A DNA stretch of 64,000 bases from an uncultured delta proteobacterium (GCA_963842085.1 CAWJET010000001.1:288001-352000); one strand, 5' to 3'; counted from the first letter of the stretch, positions 13,601-22,708 are shown. Program-made: numbers and translations. Notes: a model not told the origin generated them from the sequence alone.

Positions 13601-14238
13601 GCGTCGAAATGGCGAATCGAGGTGACCAGGTCGTCTTCGAACTCGATGCGAATCGGATTGCGGTACAACGGCGAGAACGCATCGACGATGCCGCCGCGCA
13701 CGCTGAAGTCGCCCGCCTCCTCGGTCTGCGGCACGCGCTGGTAGCCGCAGGCCGCCAGCGCTTCGACCAGCGCGTCGAGGTCCAGCCGATCGCCGATCGC
13801 CACCTTGACGATCGATTCGTCAAACACGGTGCGCGGAATCGTGCGCGTCATCAGCGCTTCGGCCGAGGTGACGACCAGCGGGGACTCATGCCGAAGCATC
13901 GCGAACAGCGCCGCCAGTTGCGACGCCTGCGCGTCGGTCGGCGGCGACAATTGCGCCATCGGCTTGACTTCCCACGAGCGGAGCAGATGCACCCGGCGGG
14001 TGGCGGCGTCGGCGTCGGCCGCCTCACCAAGAAAAAACGCGACCTCTCCCGCGAGAGCCTCGGCTTCCGGGGCGGTTGACGTGACCGTGACGATCGGACG
14101 CCGCAGGCGCATGCGCATCTCGCGGATCATCAGCGCGCCGGCCGCGCCGCGCAGTCCCATCACGGGGAATCGGCGTTCGGTATTTGCCGCAAGCCGCGCT
14201 TCGAGTTCGGCGGCCGCTTCTTTGAGGCTCCGTTGCAA
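10663..14238 (-). CDS. mfd: Transcription-repair coupling factor
   Basis: GDAGFGKTEVA, DEEHRFGV, TATPIPRTL, QLRGRVGR, VVHIDHG; start TTG 14238 likely (track starts 14295). Confidence 0.97.
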   Translation of the reverse strand: MQRSLKEAAAELEARLAANTERRFPVMGLRGAAGALMIREMRMRLRRPIVTVTSTAPEAEALAGEVAFFLGEAADADAATRRVHLLRSWEVKPMAQLSPPTDAQASQLAALFAMLRHESPLVVTSAEALMTRTIPRTVFDESIVKVAIGDRLDLDALVEALAACGYQRVPQTEEAGDFSVRGGIVDAFSPLYRNPIRIEFEDDLVTSIRHFDADSQRSGAELAEATITRTRYVPPSALKDPKLRERVALRAAEIGMVRKEAAELAEALQNGLLFPGAELLMPYAYGRALDSVFDYMPADALLWLVDPGRILAEAGRFADTVNNETAAAAHKPAFHPAPDSLFVGAQAFERALGNFTAAEVGSLVTMAAPREGWAVPVEVKSQNSLRLGANQLSAVRTPPSFEPLATELREVQRGQGRSLMVVEGPHQVARLRRHLEAWDLEVNVECKSFSALLEWPDYRPAIMEGEISAGVVLQEDGLYIYSEEEIFGEPRARRRRRPSAKGALLNLEQLKPDDFVVHIDHGIAKYRGLRHLKVADVEGDFLNLEYAASDTMYVPVERINLVQRYIGGDDAEPKLDKLGSGSWEKVKRRTRQAVLAMAAELLEVYAAREVMEGHAYPAPGVDYEEFASRFEFEETPDQQSAIDDVIRDLTRAKPMDRLICGDAGFGKTEVALRAAFIAVMDGRQVAVLVPTTILAEQHWNTFRERFKDYPVRVEMVSRFRSHKENREVIEEAGRGKVDVIVGTHRLLSSDVQFPRLGLLVIDEEHRFGVVDKERIKKLKKLVPVLTMTATPIPRTLHMAMLGIRDLSVIQTPPPDRQAIRTFVAHFDDATIRDSILRELNRGGQVFFVHNRVENIDYMASHLRSLVPEAKIAIAHGQMKERRLEDVMRDFIEKRVNVLVCSAIIESGLDIPNANTMIVNRADHFGLAQLYQLRGRVGRSRQRAYAYLLIPGEHIITRDAKRRIDALRELVESESGGGFKLAMADLEHRGAGNLLGHEQHGEIAVVGFELYTEMMEEAIAELRGQPQRPDFEPELRIAVPAYIPEAYVSDENERLVLYRRLARAQSEENLGEMRDEMRDRFGPVPTLIENLIAAMNVRRQMKQLMIMSAILKGSQLEIRFHPDAPVDTALLVKLADQNRRTMRLTPAYQVIARIEPGEYEQIFAQLDGVLQALAGCEKLENWPAAKVGPAVN

Positions 14239-14331
14239 CTTTTTCCGATCCGAATACGCAAATTCGCCCTGCGGCGATGCGCGCGAGGAGCGCACATGCC
14301 GCTGGTGTCACGAAGATGATAGCAGAAAATC

Positions 14332-14370
14332 GGCAGGGGTGACCCCTGCACCCAGTATTAAGAAAAGATG
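14332..14370. repeat. Dispersed palindromic repeat family A, copy 1 (GCAGGGGTGACCCCTGC core)
   Basis: Reverse complement matches 37140-37169 at 28 of 30 nt. Confidence 0.75.
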
Positions 14371-14383
14371 CGGGCGGAGTTTA

Positions 14384-14403
14384 GCCTGAGCGAAGTCGAA
14401 GGG
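14384..14403. repeat. REP-like half element CCTGAGCGAAGTCGAAGGG
   Basis: Resembles the CTGAGC...GAAG arm of the family C repeat at 42748-42834; intergenic. Confidence 0.45.
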
Positions 14404-14448
14404 TCCCGGTTACAACTTGTTGAGCAGAAGCGGTGAGAAGATGTCAGC

Positions 14449-15300
14449 TCAATTCGCCGCGCTCTCCGTCGCCGGCGACGGCGCCGCTCCCGGCGATGCT
14501 GCCGCTAGCGGGATTTTGTTCCCCGCCGCGTCGGTTTCGTAATCGATATGCAGCGCGATCCGCATCGTGCGATGGTATCCGCCGGCCAACGGCCGAATCA
14601 CCGTGATGTAGGTCGTGTCACCCGGCTTGAGATGGCCGAGCGCGTGAAGAATCTCGTCCTTGGTGCGCACCCGCACGTCGTCCACCGCCACGATCAGGTC
14701 GCCCGGCGTGCCCAGCGCCCCTGAGTCCCGCAGCAACGGAAACGTGAGCAGCGCGACGGGGCCCAGCAAGATACTTCCGAGCGCGCCCAGGTCGCCCTTC
14801 GGTGTGCTCCCGGTTCTCCCGATCAGACCCGCGCGCGCCGCCGGGCTGTTGGGGTAGACGCTCACGACTTCGAATCCGTGCTCCTCTCTGCCGAGATAGC
14901 ACTGCGTCGTGTATTCCAGATCGAGCCCGAGATAAGGCCGGTGACTGTCTTCCAAATCGTGCGGATGGAAATTGCGATTGAGTCTCGCGATTTCATCTTG
15001 TCGCGACTGGCGGAACACGCGCTGCTCCTGAGTCTCGCGGCTGTCGGGCGCGGGAACCTTGGCCGACGGTTGCCGCCCTATCTCCAGCGCCGCCGACTCG
15101 CCCGGCTGTCGCGCCGGGATACTCAGGCTCGAGCTGTTGCTCGGCTGTCCCGCCGGGACGCGCAAAGGCGCGTTGTCGTTCGGCTGCGCGGCGATCGAGG
15201 GCGAGGCGTGGTCGTTGGAAGAGTCTGCCGCAAGGATTGCGGATGGAGCGACCAAAACGATTAGCAGCGGCCCGCCGATGAGGACGCTCCGACTTCGCAT
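14449..15300 (-). CDS. Secreted PDZ-domain protein (paralogue 2)
   Basis: Signal peptide; PYLGL, PNSPAARAGL, GDLIVAVDD, LKPGD, TVIR; no protease domain. Confidence 0.82.
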   Translation of the reverse strand: MRSRSVLIGGPLLIVLVAPSAILAADSSNDHASPSIAAQPNDNAPLRVPAGQPSNSSSLSIPARQPGESAALEIGRQPSAKVPAPDSRETQEQRVFRQSRQDEIARLNRNFHPHDLEDSHRPYLGLDLEYTTQCYLGREEHGFEVVSVYPNSPAARAGLIGRTGSTPKGDLGALGSILLGPVALLTFPLLRDSGALGTPGDLIVAVDDVRVRTKDEILHALGHLKPGDTTYITVIRPLAGGYHRTMRIALHIDYETDAAGNKIPLAAASPGAAPSPATESAAN

Positions 15301-15440
15301 GACCGGTCACCTCGATGCAGATTTCGCGCTCGGGCCTGATAGTAAGTCCGATTTCGGCGAGGCTCAAGGGAGAAAATTACGCTCCCGCGCGTGACCGCGG
15401 TACCGAAGGAACAATCGTGAATGAAATCGTGCGAATCGAG

Positions 15441-16262
15441 TTAGTGCGGGTCGCCTGCCGGCGCCGCATTCGCGATCGGCTCGCCCACCGCGCCGACTTT
15501 CACCGCGATCTTGAGCGTCGCGTGCGGAGCGTGCTCGTCCGTGCCGTTCGGCCGAATGACCGTCAGGTACATCGTGTCGCCCGGCTTGAGGCGCGACATC
15601 GCGGTTTCCAGGTCGCTCTGGTCGCGCACACGCTTATCGTCAACCGCGACGATCAGATCTCCCCCCTGCCCCATCGCTCCCGAACTCGCCAGGGCCCTAT
15701 TGGCCAGGATCGAGCCGCCAGGCAAGATGCCTGTCAGAGTCGAAACCGCCGCGCCGATTGCGGTCATCCCGGAGCGCGCCTGCAAGCCCGCCTGCGCCGC
15801 CGGGCTGTTGGGATCGATGGTCAGCACCTCGAGTCCGTGCTCCTCACCGCCCATGTAGCACTTCGTCACGTACTGCACGGTGATGCCGAGGTAGGGCTGC
15901 GCGTGAGGCCGGTAGCTCTCGCCATTGCCGTTGCCATTGCTATCGATATTGCCGGTGCCGTTCCCGGTGCCCGGGCGGAAGTTGGGCTCGATCGACGCGT
16001 TGTCCTCGCCCGGATTAAAATTCCGGTCGCCGGGTATTTCCTTAACCGCGGGCTTGGGCACCACCCAGCCGGGCTGCGGCGCTATTTCGAGCGTCGCGTC
16101 GTCGCTGCCGCCTTGCCCCGCAATTCCGGGATTGGCGGAATCGGCCCCTCCCTGGGAGCGATTTCGCGATTCCTGGTTCTGCGCGAACGCGGCCTGAGAG
16201 AGCGCGAACAGCGCGGCGGTCGCCACACCCAGCGTAACTATCTTTTGCAACTTCATTTTCAT
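15441..16262 (-). CDS. Secreted PDZ-domain protein (paralogue 1)
   Basis: Signal peptide MKMKLQKIVTLGVATAALFALSQAAFA; PYLGI, PNSPAAQAGL, GDLIVAVDD, LKPGD, TVIR. Confidence 0.82.
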   Translation of the reverse strand: MKMKLQKIVTLGVATAALFALSQAAFAQNQESRNRSQGGADSANPGIAGQGGSDDATLEIAPQPGWVVPKPAVKEIPGDRNFNPGEDNASIEPNFRPGTGNGTGNIDSNGNGNGESYRPHAQPYLGITVQYVTKCYMGGEEHGLEVLTIDPNSPAAQAGLQARSGMTAIGAAVSTLTGILPGGSILANRALASSGAMGQGGDLIVAVDDKRVRDQSDLETAMSRLKPGDTMYLTVIRPNGTDEHAPHATLKIAVKVGAVGEPIANAAPAGDPH

Positions 16263-16387
16263 CGCGCTCGGCGAGCGAGCCGACGATCGAGCAACCCTGC
16301 AAATATAAGCCCGCCAGGCGATCTCCTCAAGCCGGACGATTTTTCCTTGAAGCTCGCGCAAAACGATGCGAAAGTTTGATGCGCTCG

Positions 16388-17401
16388 ATGAAAATAAGAT
16401 CCACAGTCGCGCTACAGCCCGCGCAACGCGCCGCGATTTCCGGTGCGCTGCCCGGCATCGAGATCGACCTGGCCGATCGCCAGTGCCGGACGGCCGAAGA
16501 AGTCGGCGAGTTCGTGAGCGCCGGATGCGACGTGCTGCTCACGTTTCGCGTGCCCAACGACATCGCGAATCGCGCGCGCGGCCTGAAATGGATTCAGCTG
16601 CTGAGCGCCGGCGCCGACCACGTACTCGGCGGAGCGCTTAAAGGAAGCGCGATTCCAATCACGACTGCGAGCGGAATTCATGCGACACCGATCGCGGAAT
16701 ATACGATGGCCTCGATGCTCGCGTATGCGCATCGGATTCACCTGGCGCTTCGGGCACAGATACGCCGCGAGTGGATGCGCTCGGGCGCTTTCATGGCCGG
16801 CGTCGACGACATCCGCGGGACGACGCTGGGCATCATCGGCTACGGCTCGATTGGCCGGGAAACGGCGCGGCTCGCGGCCGCATTCGGAATGAACGTGCTG
16901 GCGCTCAAGCGCAACCCGGCCGACCGCGTCGATCCCGGATGGTGTCCGGCGGGGCTGGGCGATCCCGAAGGCAGTATTCCCGCCCGCTTCTACGGTTCCG
17001 ACGAGCGCGAAGCGATTCTCCGCGAATCCGACTACGTATCCGTCACGCTCCCGCTTACCGATCACACGCGCAAGTTTATCGGCGAGCGGGAATTCGCCGC
17101 GATGAAGCCCGGCGCCTACCTCGTCAACATCGGGCGCGGCGAAGTGATCGACGAGCGCGCGATGGCCACAGCGCTAACCGCAGGCAAGATTGGCGGCGCC
17201 GGCCTCGACGTGTTCGAGCACGAACCGCTGGAAGCCACGAGCCCGTTGTGGGACATGGAAAATGTAATCCTGACCCCGCACATCTCTGGCGCCAATCGCG
17301 GCTACATGGACAAAGCCTGCCAACTGTTCGTGGACAACCTGAAGCGCTTCGCCGCCGATCGCCCGCTACTGAACCTGGTCGATCCAAAACTCGGCTACTA
17401 G
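16388..17401 (+). CDS. D-2-hydroxyacid dehydrogenase
   Basis: GIIGYGSIG, NIGRG, LDVFEHEPL, TPHISG. Confidence 0.93.
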   Translation: MKIRSTVALQPAQRAAISGALPGIEIDLADRQCRTAEEVGEFVSAGCDVLLTFRVPNDIANRARGLKWIQLLSAGADHVLGGALKGSAIPITTASGIHATPIAEYTMASMLAYAHRIHLALRAQIRREWMRSGAFMAGVDDIRGTTLGIIGYGSIGRETARLAAAFGMNVLALKRNPADRVDPGWCPAGLGDPEGSIPARFYGSDEREAILRESDYVSVTLPLTDHTRKFIGEREFAAMKPGAYLVNIGRGEVIDERAMATALTAGKIGGAGLDVFEHEPLEATSPLWDMENVILTPHISGANRGYMDKACQLFVDNLKRFAADRPLLNLVDPKLGY

Positions 17402-17411
17402 TGGTCTGTCG

Positions 17412-17446
17412 CCTCCTAACCTCTCCTTGTCCGAGGAGAGGTCAGG
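17412..17446. repeat. Palindromic repeat family B (CCTCTCC...GGAGAGG), copy 1
   Basis: CCTCTCCT-tgtccg-AGGAGAGG hairpin right after a stop codon; related copies at 57134, 57233 and 58134. Confidence 0.7.
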
Positions 17447-17510
17447 ATTCGGACAGGGACGCTAAGGCGCGGGTTTCGCTATCAATAAAAAGGGCGCTGT
17501 CGCACCTTGT

Positions 17511-17678
17511 TCATGGACGCCTCAGGAATCTCGAGTAGAACGCTGCGAACACCAAAACGATTCCAATATTCACTGTCAGCCGTTCCCAGAATCGGTTTCT
17601 GAAGAACACGAAATCTACACCGACTATGACGGCTGCCATCGCCACCACGTAAAGCACGATAGCCACCTGTCTGCCCAT
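17511..17678 (-). CDS. 55-aa two-helix small membrane protein
   Basis: Below track cutoff; MGRQVAIVLYVVAMAAVIVGVDFVFFRNRFWERLTVNIGIVLVFAAFYSRFLRRP; AGGGA upstream. Confidence 0.75.
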   Translation of the reverse strand: MGRQVAIVLYVVAMAAVIVGVDFVFFRNRFWERLTVNIGIVLVFAAFYSRFLRRP

Positions 17679-17706
17679 TTCAGTCCCTGGTTCAATCGTA
17701 ATTCAT

Positions 17707-19185
17707 TTAAGTCGTTCCACTCTCCTGAGTTTTCAGCGCCGCCAAAAATCGTTCCTTCAATCCGTCGAACGGCCCGTTCGACATGAAGAGCGCGACGTCG
17801 CCCGCGCGCGCGTCGGCGAGCATCCGCGCGAGGATCTCATCGTTCGACGCGCAGGCGACTGCGCTCGCACCGCGCGCGCTGATCGCACTAGCAAGCGCGC
17901 CGGTTTCGAGCCGCTCGCCCGCCGCAATCGGATCGTTCTCCTTGAAATATACCGGGCCCAGGTAAACGCGCGAGGCTCGATCGAACGCGGCCGCGAACGC
18001 ATTTTGAAAAACGTTGCGCCGCGCAGTGTTCGAGCGAGGCTCGAACGCCGCAAGTATCCGCCGGCCGGGAAACCGTTCCGCAATCGCTTCGAGCGTGACG
18101 CCGATCGCCGTCGGATGGTGCGCAAAGTCGTCGACCACCGTCACTCCTGCCGCCTTTCCGATAACCTGCTGCCGGCGCACGACCCCTTTGAAGGTGCGCA
18201 GCCCGCCGGCGATCTCCTCGCCGGAGACCCCAAGCGAACTCAGCAGCACGTAAACGCCGAGTGCGTTGGCGACATTCATCCGGCCGCCAATCGGAAGATG
18301 GATTGCATCGTGGATTCGCACGCCGGCACGCGTCACCGAAAATCTTGCCCCTTCAGCGCCCACCGCGATGTCCGCCGCGCGGTACTCGCCCTCGCGCAGC
18401 CCGTACGTGACCCGCCGCGCGCGCGCCGCCGCGCTGACCTCGAGCGCGTGCGGAAAGTCGGCGCACACCGCAAGCACGCGCGACGAATCCATCTGCTCGA
18501 CGAGCGCGCGAAAACTCGATTTCACATGCTCGAGATCGCGATAGATATCTGCGTGATCGAATTCGACCGCCGTTATGATCGCGCCGGCGGCCCGGTAATG
18601 CAGAAACTTCGGCCCCTTGTCGAAAAACGCCGTGTCGTACTCGTCGCCCTCGATCACAAAGTCGGCGCCGCGACCAAGCCGGTAGTTCGAGCCAAAATCG
18701 CTGGCCACTCCTCCCACCAGCATCGAGGGATCGCGCCCCGCCGCTTCGAGCACGTGCGCCATCATCGCGGTCGAGGTGGTCTTGCCGTGTGTCCCCGCGA
18801 CCATCAGCACGCGCCGGCCCTTTAGGAAAAAATGCCACAACGCCTCGGGCATCGAAAGATAAGGAATCGGCGATGCGAGCAGCGCCACGGCTTCGGGATT
18901 GGTCGGCACGATCGCATTGCCGACTATCACCAGGTCGGGCGCGGGCGACAGGTTCGCGGGCGAAAATCCCGTCATCAATCCGACTCGCGAGTTTCTTAGC
19001 AGCGACGCCGTCGGCTCGTAGAGCTGATTGTCGGAGCCCGTGACCGACAGGCCGCGCTCGACGAGCATTCCGGCCAGCGCGGCCATCGCGGTGCCGCCGA
19101 CTCCGATCAGATGCACGCGCCTGACGGTGTCTGGAATGCGCGCGAGGCGCGCGGCGCTGCCGGAATCAGCCACCTTCGAGCGCAT
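17707..19185 (-). CDS. mpl: Murein peptide ligase (UDP-MurNAc:L-Ala-D-Glu-mDAP ligase)
   Basis: HLIGVGGTAMAALA, AGTHGKTT, EGDEYDTAFFDKGPKF, DDFAHHPTA, FEPRSNT. Confidence 0.92.
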   Translation of the reverse strand: MRSKVADSGSAARLARIPDTVRRVHLIGVGGTAMAALAGMLVERGLSVTGSDNQLYEPTASLLRNSRVGLMTGFSPANLSPAPDLVIVGNAIVPTNPEAVALLASPIPYLSMPEALWHFFLKGRRVLMVAGTHGKTTSTAMMAHVLEAAGRDPSMLVGGVASDFGSNYRLGRGADFVIEGDEYDTAFFDKGPKFLHYRAAGAIITAVEFDHADIYRDLEHVKSSFRALVEQMDSSRVLAVCADFPHALEVSAAARARRVTYGLREGEYRAADIAVGAEGARFSVTRAGVRIHDAIHLPIGGRMNVANALGVYVLLSSLGVSGEEIAGGLRTFKGVVRRQQVIGKAAGVTVVDDFAHHPTAIGVTLEAIAERFPGRRILAAFEPRSNTARRNVFQNAFAAAFDRASRVYLGPVYFKENDPIAAGERLETGALASAISARGASAVACASNDEILARMLADARAGDVALFMSNGPFDGLKERFLAALKTQESGTT

Positions 19186-20296
19186 CCATGATCAAATCGT
19201 GAATCTTCGGGCGGAACTCGCGAATCTTTTGATTGTCGCGCCGCGGATGAACGCGATTGGTCAGGATCGAGATCGCCACTTCGCTCTCCGGCTCGATCCA
19301 GATCGAAGTGCCGGTGAAGCCGAGATGCCCCACTGCCGCCGGCGAGAATCGATGCCCCGAGCTGGAGTGCTCCGCCGACGGCGTGTCCCATCCGAGCGCC
19401 CAGGTCGAGCCGGGCACGGTCGCATCGCGCGTCCAGAATTCGCGGATTATCTTTTGCGGCACGAAATCCGAGCGTCCCGCGTAGCACGCGATCAGCTCGC
19501 GCGCGATACGATCGACCTCGCGCACGGGCGCGAACAATCCGGCATGACCCGCGACTCCGCCCATCGCGAACGCATTCTCGTCGTCAACCTCGCCGACCAG
19601 CAGCCGCTTGCGCGAAGGACACATTTCGGTCGGCGCAAACATGTCAGCGACCGGCTCCAGGCGCCGCGAGCGGACGTGTGAGATGTCGATATAGTCGGTC
19701 GCGCGCAGGTCCAATGGGCGGAAAATTTTCTCGCGGCAGAACCGGTTGAGCGCGATGCTGGCGACCTTTTCGATCGTCTCGCCCAGCAAGATGAACCCGA
19801 GGTCCGAGTAGATACTCCTGGTCGCCGCCGTGGCCTCGGGCTTCTCGCGATGAATCTCCTCGTAGACGAACTCTTTGGCGCCGTAGCTCGCCATGAAATT
19901 GACCCGCCCGCCTTTTTCGATCTCCGCGATCCGCTGGTAGAACGGCCGCCACGCCGCCAGGCCGGAGCAATGCGCCAGCAGATGGCGAAAGGTGATCGTG
20001 GTTTTGCCGTGCACGCCAAAATTCGGGAAAAAGCGCGTCGCCCGATCGTCGAGGCGAAATTTGCCGTCGCGCGCCAGGATCATCAGCGCGACGGTCGTCG
20101 CCAGAGCCTTGGTCAGCGACGACAGGTCGTAAACGGTTTCGATTTTGGCCGGCGAGCGGCTTGGCTCGATCGATCGAAATCCGAATGCGCCCTCGAACGC
20201 GACCTCTGCACCGCGCCGCACGACGACCGTCGCGCCTGGAATCACCCGCTGCTCGACCGCGTCGTTGAAAGCCTGCTCGACCTCACTCCATCCCAA
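19166..20296 (-). CDS. Beta-lactamase-family serine hydrolase
   Basis: YDLSSLTK (SxxK), YSDLGF, GHAGLF, GHLGFTGTS; TTG 20296 preceded by GGAGG. Confidence 0.9.
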   Translation of the reverse strand: MGWSEVEQAFNDAVEQRVIPGATVVVRRGAEVAFEGAFGFRSIEPSRSPAKIETVYDLSSLTKALATTVALMILARDGKFRLDDRATRFFPNFGVHGKTTITFRHLLAHCSGLAAWRPFYQRIAEIEKGGRVNFMASYGAKEFVYEEIHREKPEATAATRSIYSDLGFILLGETIEKVASIALNRFCREKIFRPLDLRATDYIDISHVRSRRLEPVADMFAPTEMCPSRKRLLVGEVDDENAFAMGGVAGHAGLFAPVREVDRIARELIACYAGRSDFVPQKIIREFWTRDATVPGSTWALGWDTPSAEHSSSGHRFSPAAVGHLGFTGTSIWIEPESEVAISILTNRVHPRRDNQKIREFRPKIHDLIMDALEGG

Positions 20297-20322
20297 CGCG
20301 CTATCCTCCGCAAATCCTGCCA

Positions 20323-21249
20323 CTACCGCGTCACGGCCGGCTCGGTAAAAATGATCCGGCGTGCGGCGGAATCGATTCGCGCCACCACGCCGAATGGAAT
20401 CGTGAAATTTTCGGTGCCATGCCCGGCCTCGACGCCGTACAGCACCGGGCATCCCAGACCCGCCGTCTGCTCGGCGGCGAAGCGCGCGATCAGGCGCGTC
20501 TCCTGCTCGTTGCCGTCGATCGCGCGAATCGCCCCGAAGACAACTCCCGCCACTCGCTCGAGCGCGCCGCTTTGGCGCAATTGCACCAGCATCCTGTCAA
20601 TTCGATAAGCCTTCTCGCCCGTGTCTTCGAGGAACAGGATTCGCCCGTCGAAGCGTGGCTCGTAGGGTGTGCCAATCATGGCGACCAATACCGACAAGCA
20701 CCCGCCGATCACCTCGCCCTGTGCGCTGCCGGGATGCATCGCTTCGCGCGCCTCGAGCTCGAAGCCGTCGAGCTTGCCGCTGAGCAGCCCCTGGATGTGC
20801 TCCAGCGCGCGCGGACTCAGGCCTCGCGCAAAATCCATCGCGACCATCGGTCCGTGAAAGGATACCATCCCCGCGAAATCGACCAGCGCATTAAGCAGGA
20901 AGGTCGCATCAGAAAAGCCGACGAAGACTTTGGGTGTGCCGGCGATCGCCTTGAAATCGAGCAGCGGCAACAGTCGCCCGCATCCGTAACCGCCGCGCGC
21001 GGAAAAGATCGCCTTGACCTCGGGGTCGGCGAAGTATTCGCGAAGCTCGTTCGCCCGTTCGCGATCGTCGCCGGCCAGAATCCCCGAACGCGCCAGCGCG
21101 CGCTCCGAAACTCTGACCCGGTAGCCCATCGAGGCGAGCACGTTGACGCCGCGCTCGAGATGCGCCGGTTCGATCGCCGCGGCGGGCGCGACGACCGCCA
21201 CTGTATCGCCCGGTTTGAGCGCGTTGGATTTGATCGGTTTGCGGTTCAC
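20323..21249 (-). CDS. ldcA: LD-carboxypeptidase (S66)
   Basis: RGGYG, GFSD nucleophile, LEDTGE, GHG. Confidence 0.92.
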   Translation of the reverse strand: MNRKPIKSNALKPGDTVAVVAPAAAIEPAHLERGVNVLASMGYRVRVSERALARSGILAGDDRERANELREYFADPEVKAIFSARGGYGCGRLLPLLDFKAIAGTPKVFVGFSDATFLLNALVDFAGMVSFHGPMVAMDFARGLSPRALEHIQGLLSGKLDGFELEAREAMHPGSAQGEVIGGCLSVLVAMIGTPYEPRFDGRILFLEDTGEKAYRIDRMLVQLRQSGALERVAGVVFGAIRAIDGNEQETRLIARFAAEQTAGLGCPVLYGVEAGHGTENFTIPFGVVARIDSAARRIIFTEPAVTR

Positions 21250-21329
21250 GCTATCTTGCCCCGAATCCTACCAGATGGTGCGTTCGAACGCCCGTCAGTC
21301 GTGCGAATTGCGCCACTTCTCGCTTCGGC

Positions 21330-22643
21330 TCACTCGTCGGCCCCGGCGACGGACGGCGTCGCACGCTCCGCTATCCCGGTAAGCGAACCGACCTCGGACA
21401 GACCGAGCAGCGCCGCCGTGACCCACAGACCCGCCGCTCCGATCGCTATCGTCGCGCGCAGCCCGATAATCTCACCGGCAACTCCCGCGGCGAGCTGCCC
21501 GACCAGCACACTGCCGAGGCTGACGAAGCGCAGGCTCGCATTCACACGGCCGAGCATCGGCTGCGGCGTGATCGTCTGGATCAGGCTGACAGCGTTGATG
21601 AGGTACATGGTCGCGGCGCCGTCACCTATTAGCTGCTGAGCGACCAGCAGCGCGATCGAACCGGTACCGGCGCCCCGCGCTATCGGCAGCAGCATGAGCG
21701 CGACGCCTTCGATCGCGAGTCCCGCGACCATCGCCATCCCGGTGCCCAGCATGTCGGCAGCCCGCCGCGCAGCCAGCGCACCGAACAGCGAGCTGGCGCC
21801 TCCGACCGCAAAGATCACACCGAGCAAGCCCGGCCGGAAGCCGAGTGCGTTGATGACAAACAGCATGTACATCGTGGAGACCAGGCTGTTCGCAAATCCG
21901 CCCACGATCGCGATCATTCCGAACGCGCGCAGACGACTGTCGTGGAATATCAGACGCGCGCCGGCCGCGATCTCGCGGGCTACGCTGGCGTCGCGGGCGC
22001 GTGGCGCAGGGGCCGGTTCGGGCTTGCGGATGAGCGCAATCGCGAGGGCAGACGCGAGGAATGAAATCGCGTCGATCAGAATTGCGAAGGGCGCGGTCAG
22101 CCACTGGACCAGCCAGCCCGAAAGCGCGAAGCCGCCGGCCTCCGCCACTCCGGCGCTGGCCGTGAGCTTGCTGTTCGCGTCGAGCAGATCTTCGCGCGCG
22201 ACCAGCGAGGGCAGATAGGAGCGGTAGGCGACGTCGAAGAAGAGGTCCAGCGCCGAGTAGGCGAGGATTACCGCGTAGAGCTGCGGCATCGTCAGCGCCG
22301 CGAACATCGCGGCAATCGGGATCGTGCCCAACACGATGAAGCGGCCGATATCCGTGCCGATCAGAATCGGGCGCCGTCGCATACGATCGACCAACACGCC
22401 CGCGAACAGGCCCAGCACCAGCGTCGGCACAATGCGCGCCGCGGCGAGGATGCCAATCTGCCACGGAGTCGCCTTGAGCGCGATCACGGCGGCAAAGCCG
22501 ATTGCGACATCGCCCATCCGCGTGCCGAACAGCGAGACCGTTTCTCCGGTCCACAGTTTCATGAAGTCGGCGTGGCGAAAGAGCAGGCTCCTTCGGCTCA
22601 AGGCGCCGCCGATTGATTGGTTGTCGTTTTCGTTCGAGTGCAT
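21330..22643 (-). CDS. MFS transporter (DHA3/EntS-like exporter)
   Basis: FMKLWTGETVSLFG, GVLVDRMRRRPIL motif A, about 12 TM helices, MLGRVNA. Confidence 0.9.
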   Translation of the reverse strand: MHSNENDNQSIGGALSRRSLLFRHADFMKLWTGETVSLFGTRMGDVAIGFAAVIALKATPWQIGILAAARIVPTLVLGLFAGVLVDRMRRRPILIGTDIGRFIVLGTIPIAAMFAALTMPQLYAVILAYSALDLFFDVAYRSYLPSLVAREDLLDANSKLTASAGVAEAGGFALSGWLVQWLTAPFAILIDAISFLASALAIALIRKPEPAPAPRARDASVAREIAAGARLIFHDSRLRAFGMIAIVGGFANSLVSTMYMLFVINALGFRPGLLGVIFAVGGASSLFGALAARRAADMLGTGMAMVAGLAIEGVALMLLPIARGAGTGSIALLVAQQLIGDGAATMYLINAVSLIQTITPQPMLGRVNASLRFVSLGSVLVGQLAAGVAGEIIGLRATIAIGAAGLWVTAALLGLSEVGSLTGIAERATPSVAGADE

Positions 22644-22672
22644 CGCAAGTCTCACACGCGGCGCGCCGCGCA

Positions 22673-22708
22673 GAAAAAGAAAAAGCCCCGGGCTTCGATG
22701 CCCGAGGC
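22673..22708 (-). terminator. Intrinsic terminator/attenuator hairpin in MFS 5' leader
   Basis: GCCUCGGGC-aucgaa-GCCCGGGGC followed by UUUUUCUUUUU; the G-U wobble pairs only on the minus strand. Confidence 0.85.

Noticed and set aside
11242-14079. 945-aa antisense ORF over mfd (also long shadow ORFs over uvrA, ABC-F, LLM and surA)
   Set aside because: Antisense shadows expected from high-GC codon bias; no motifs, and fully overlapping well-supported genes.
19166-20296. Beta-lactam resistance gene
   Set aside because: No signal peptide, YSD/HLG variants and a peptidoglycan-recycling context point to a housekeeping hydrolase.
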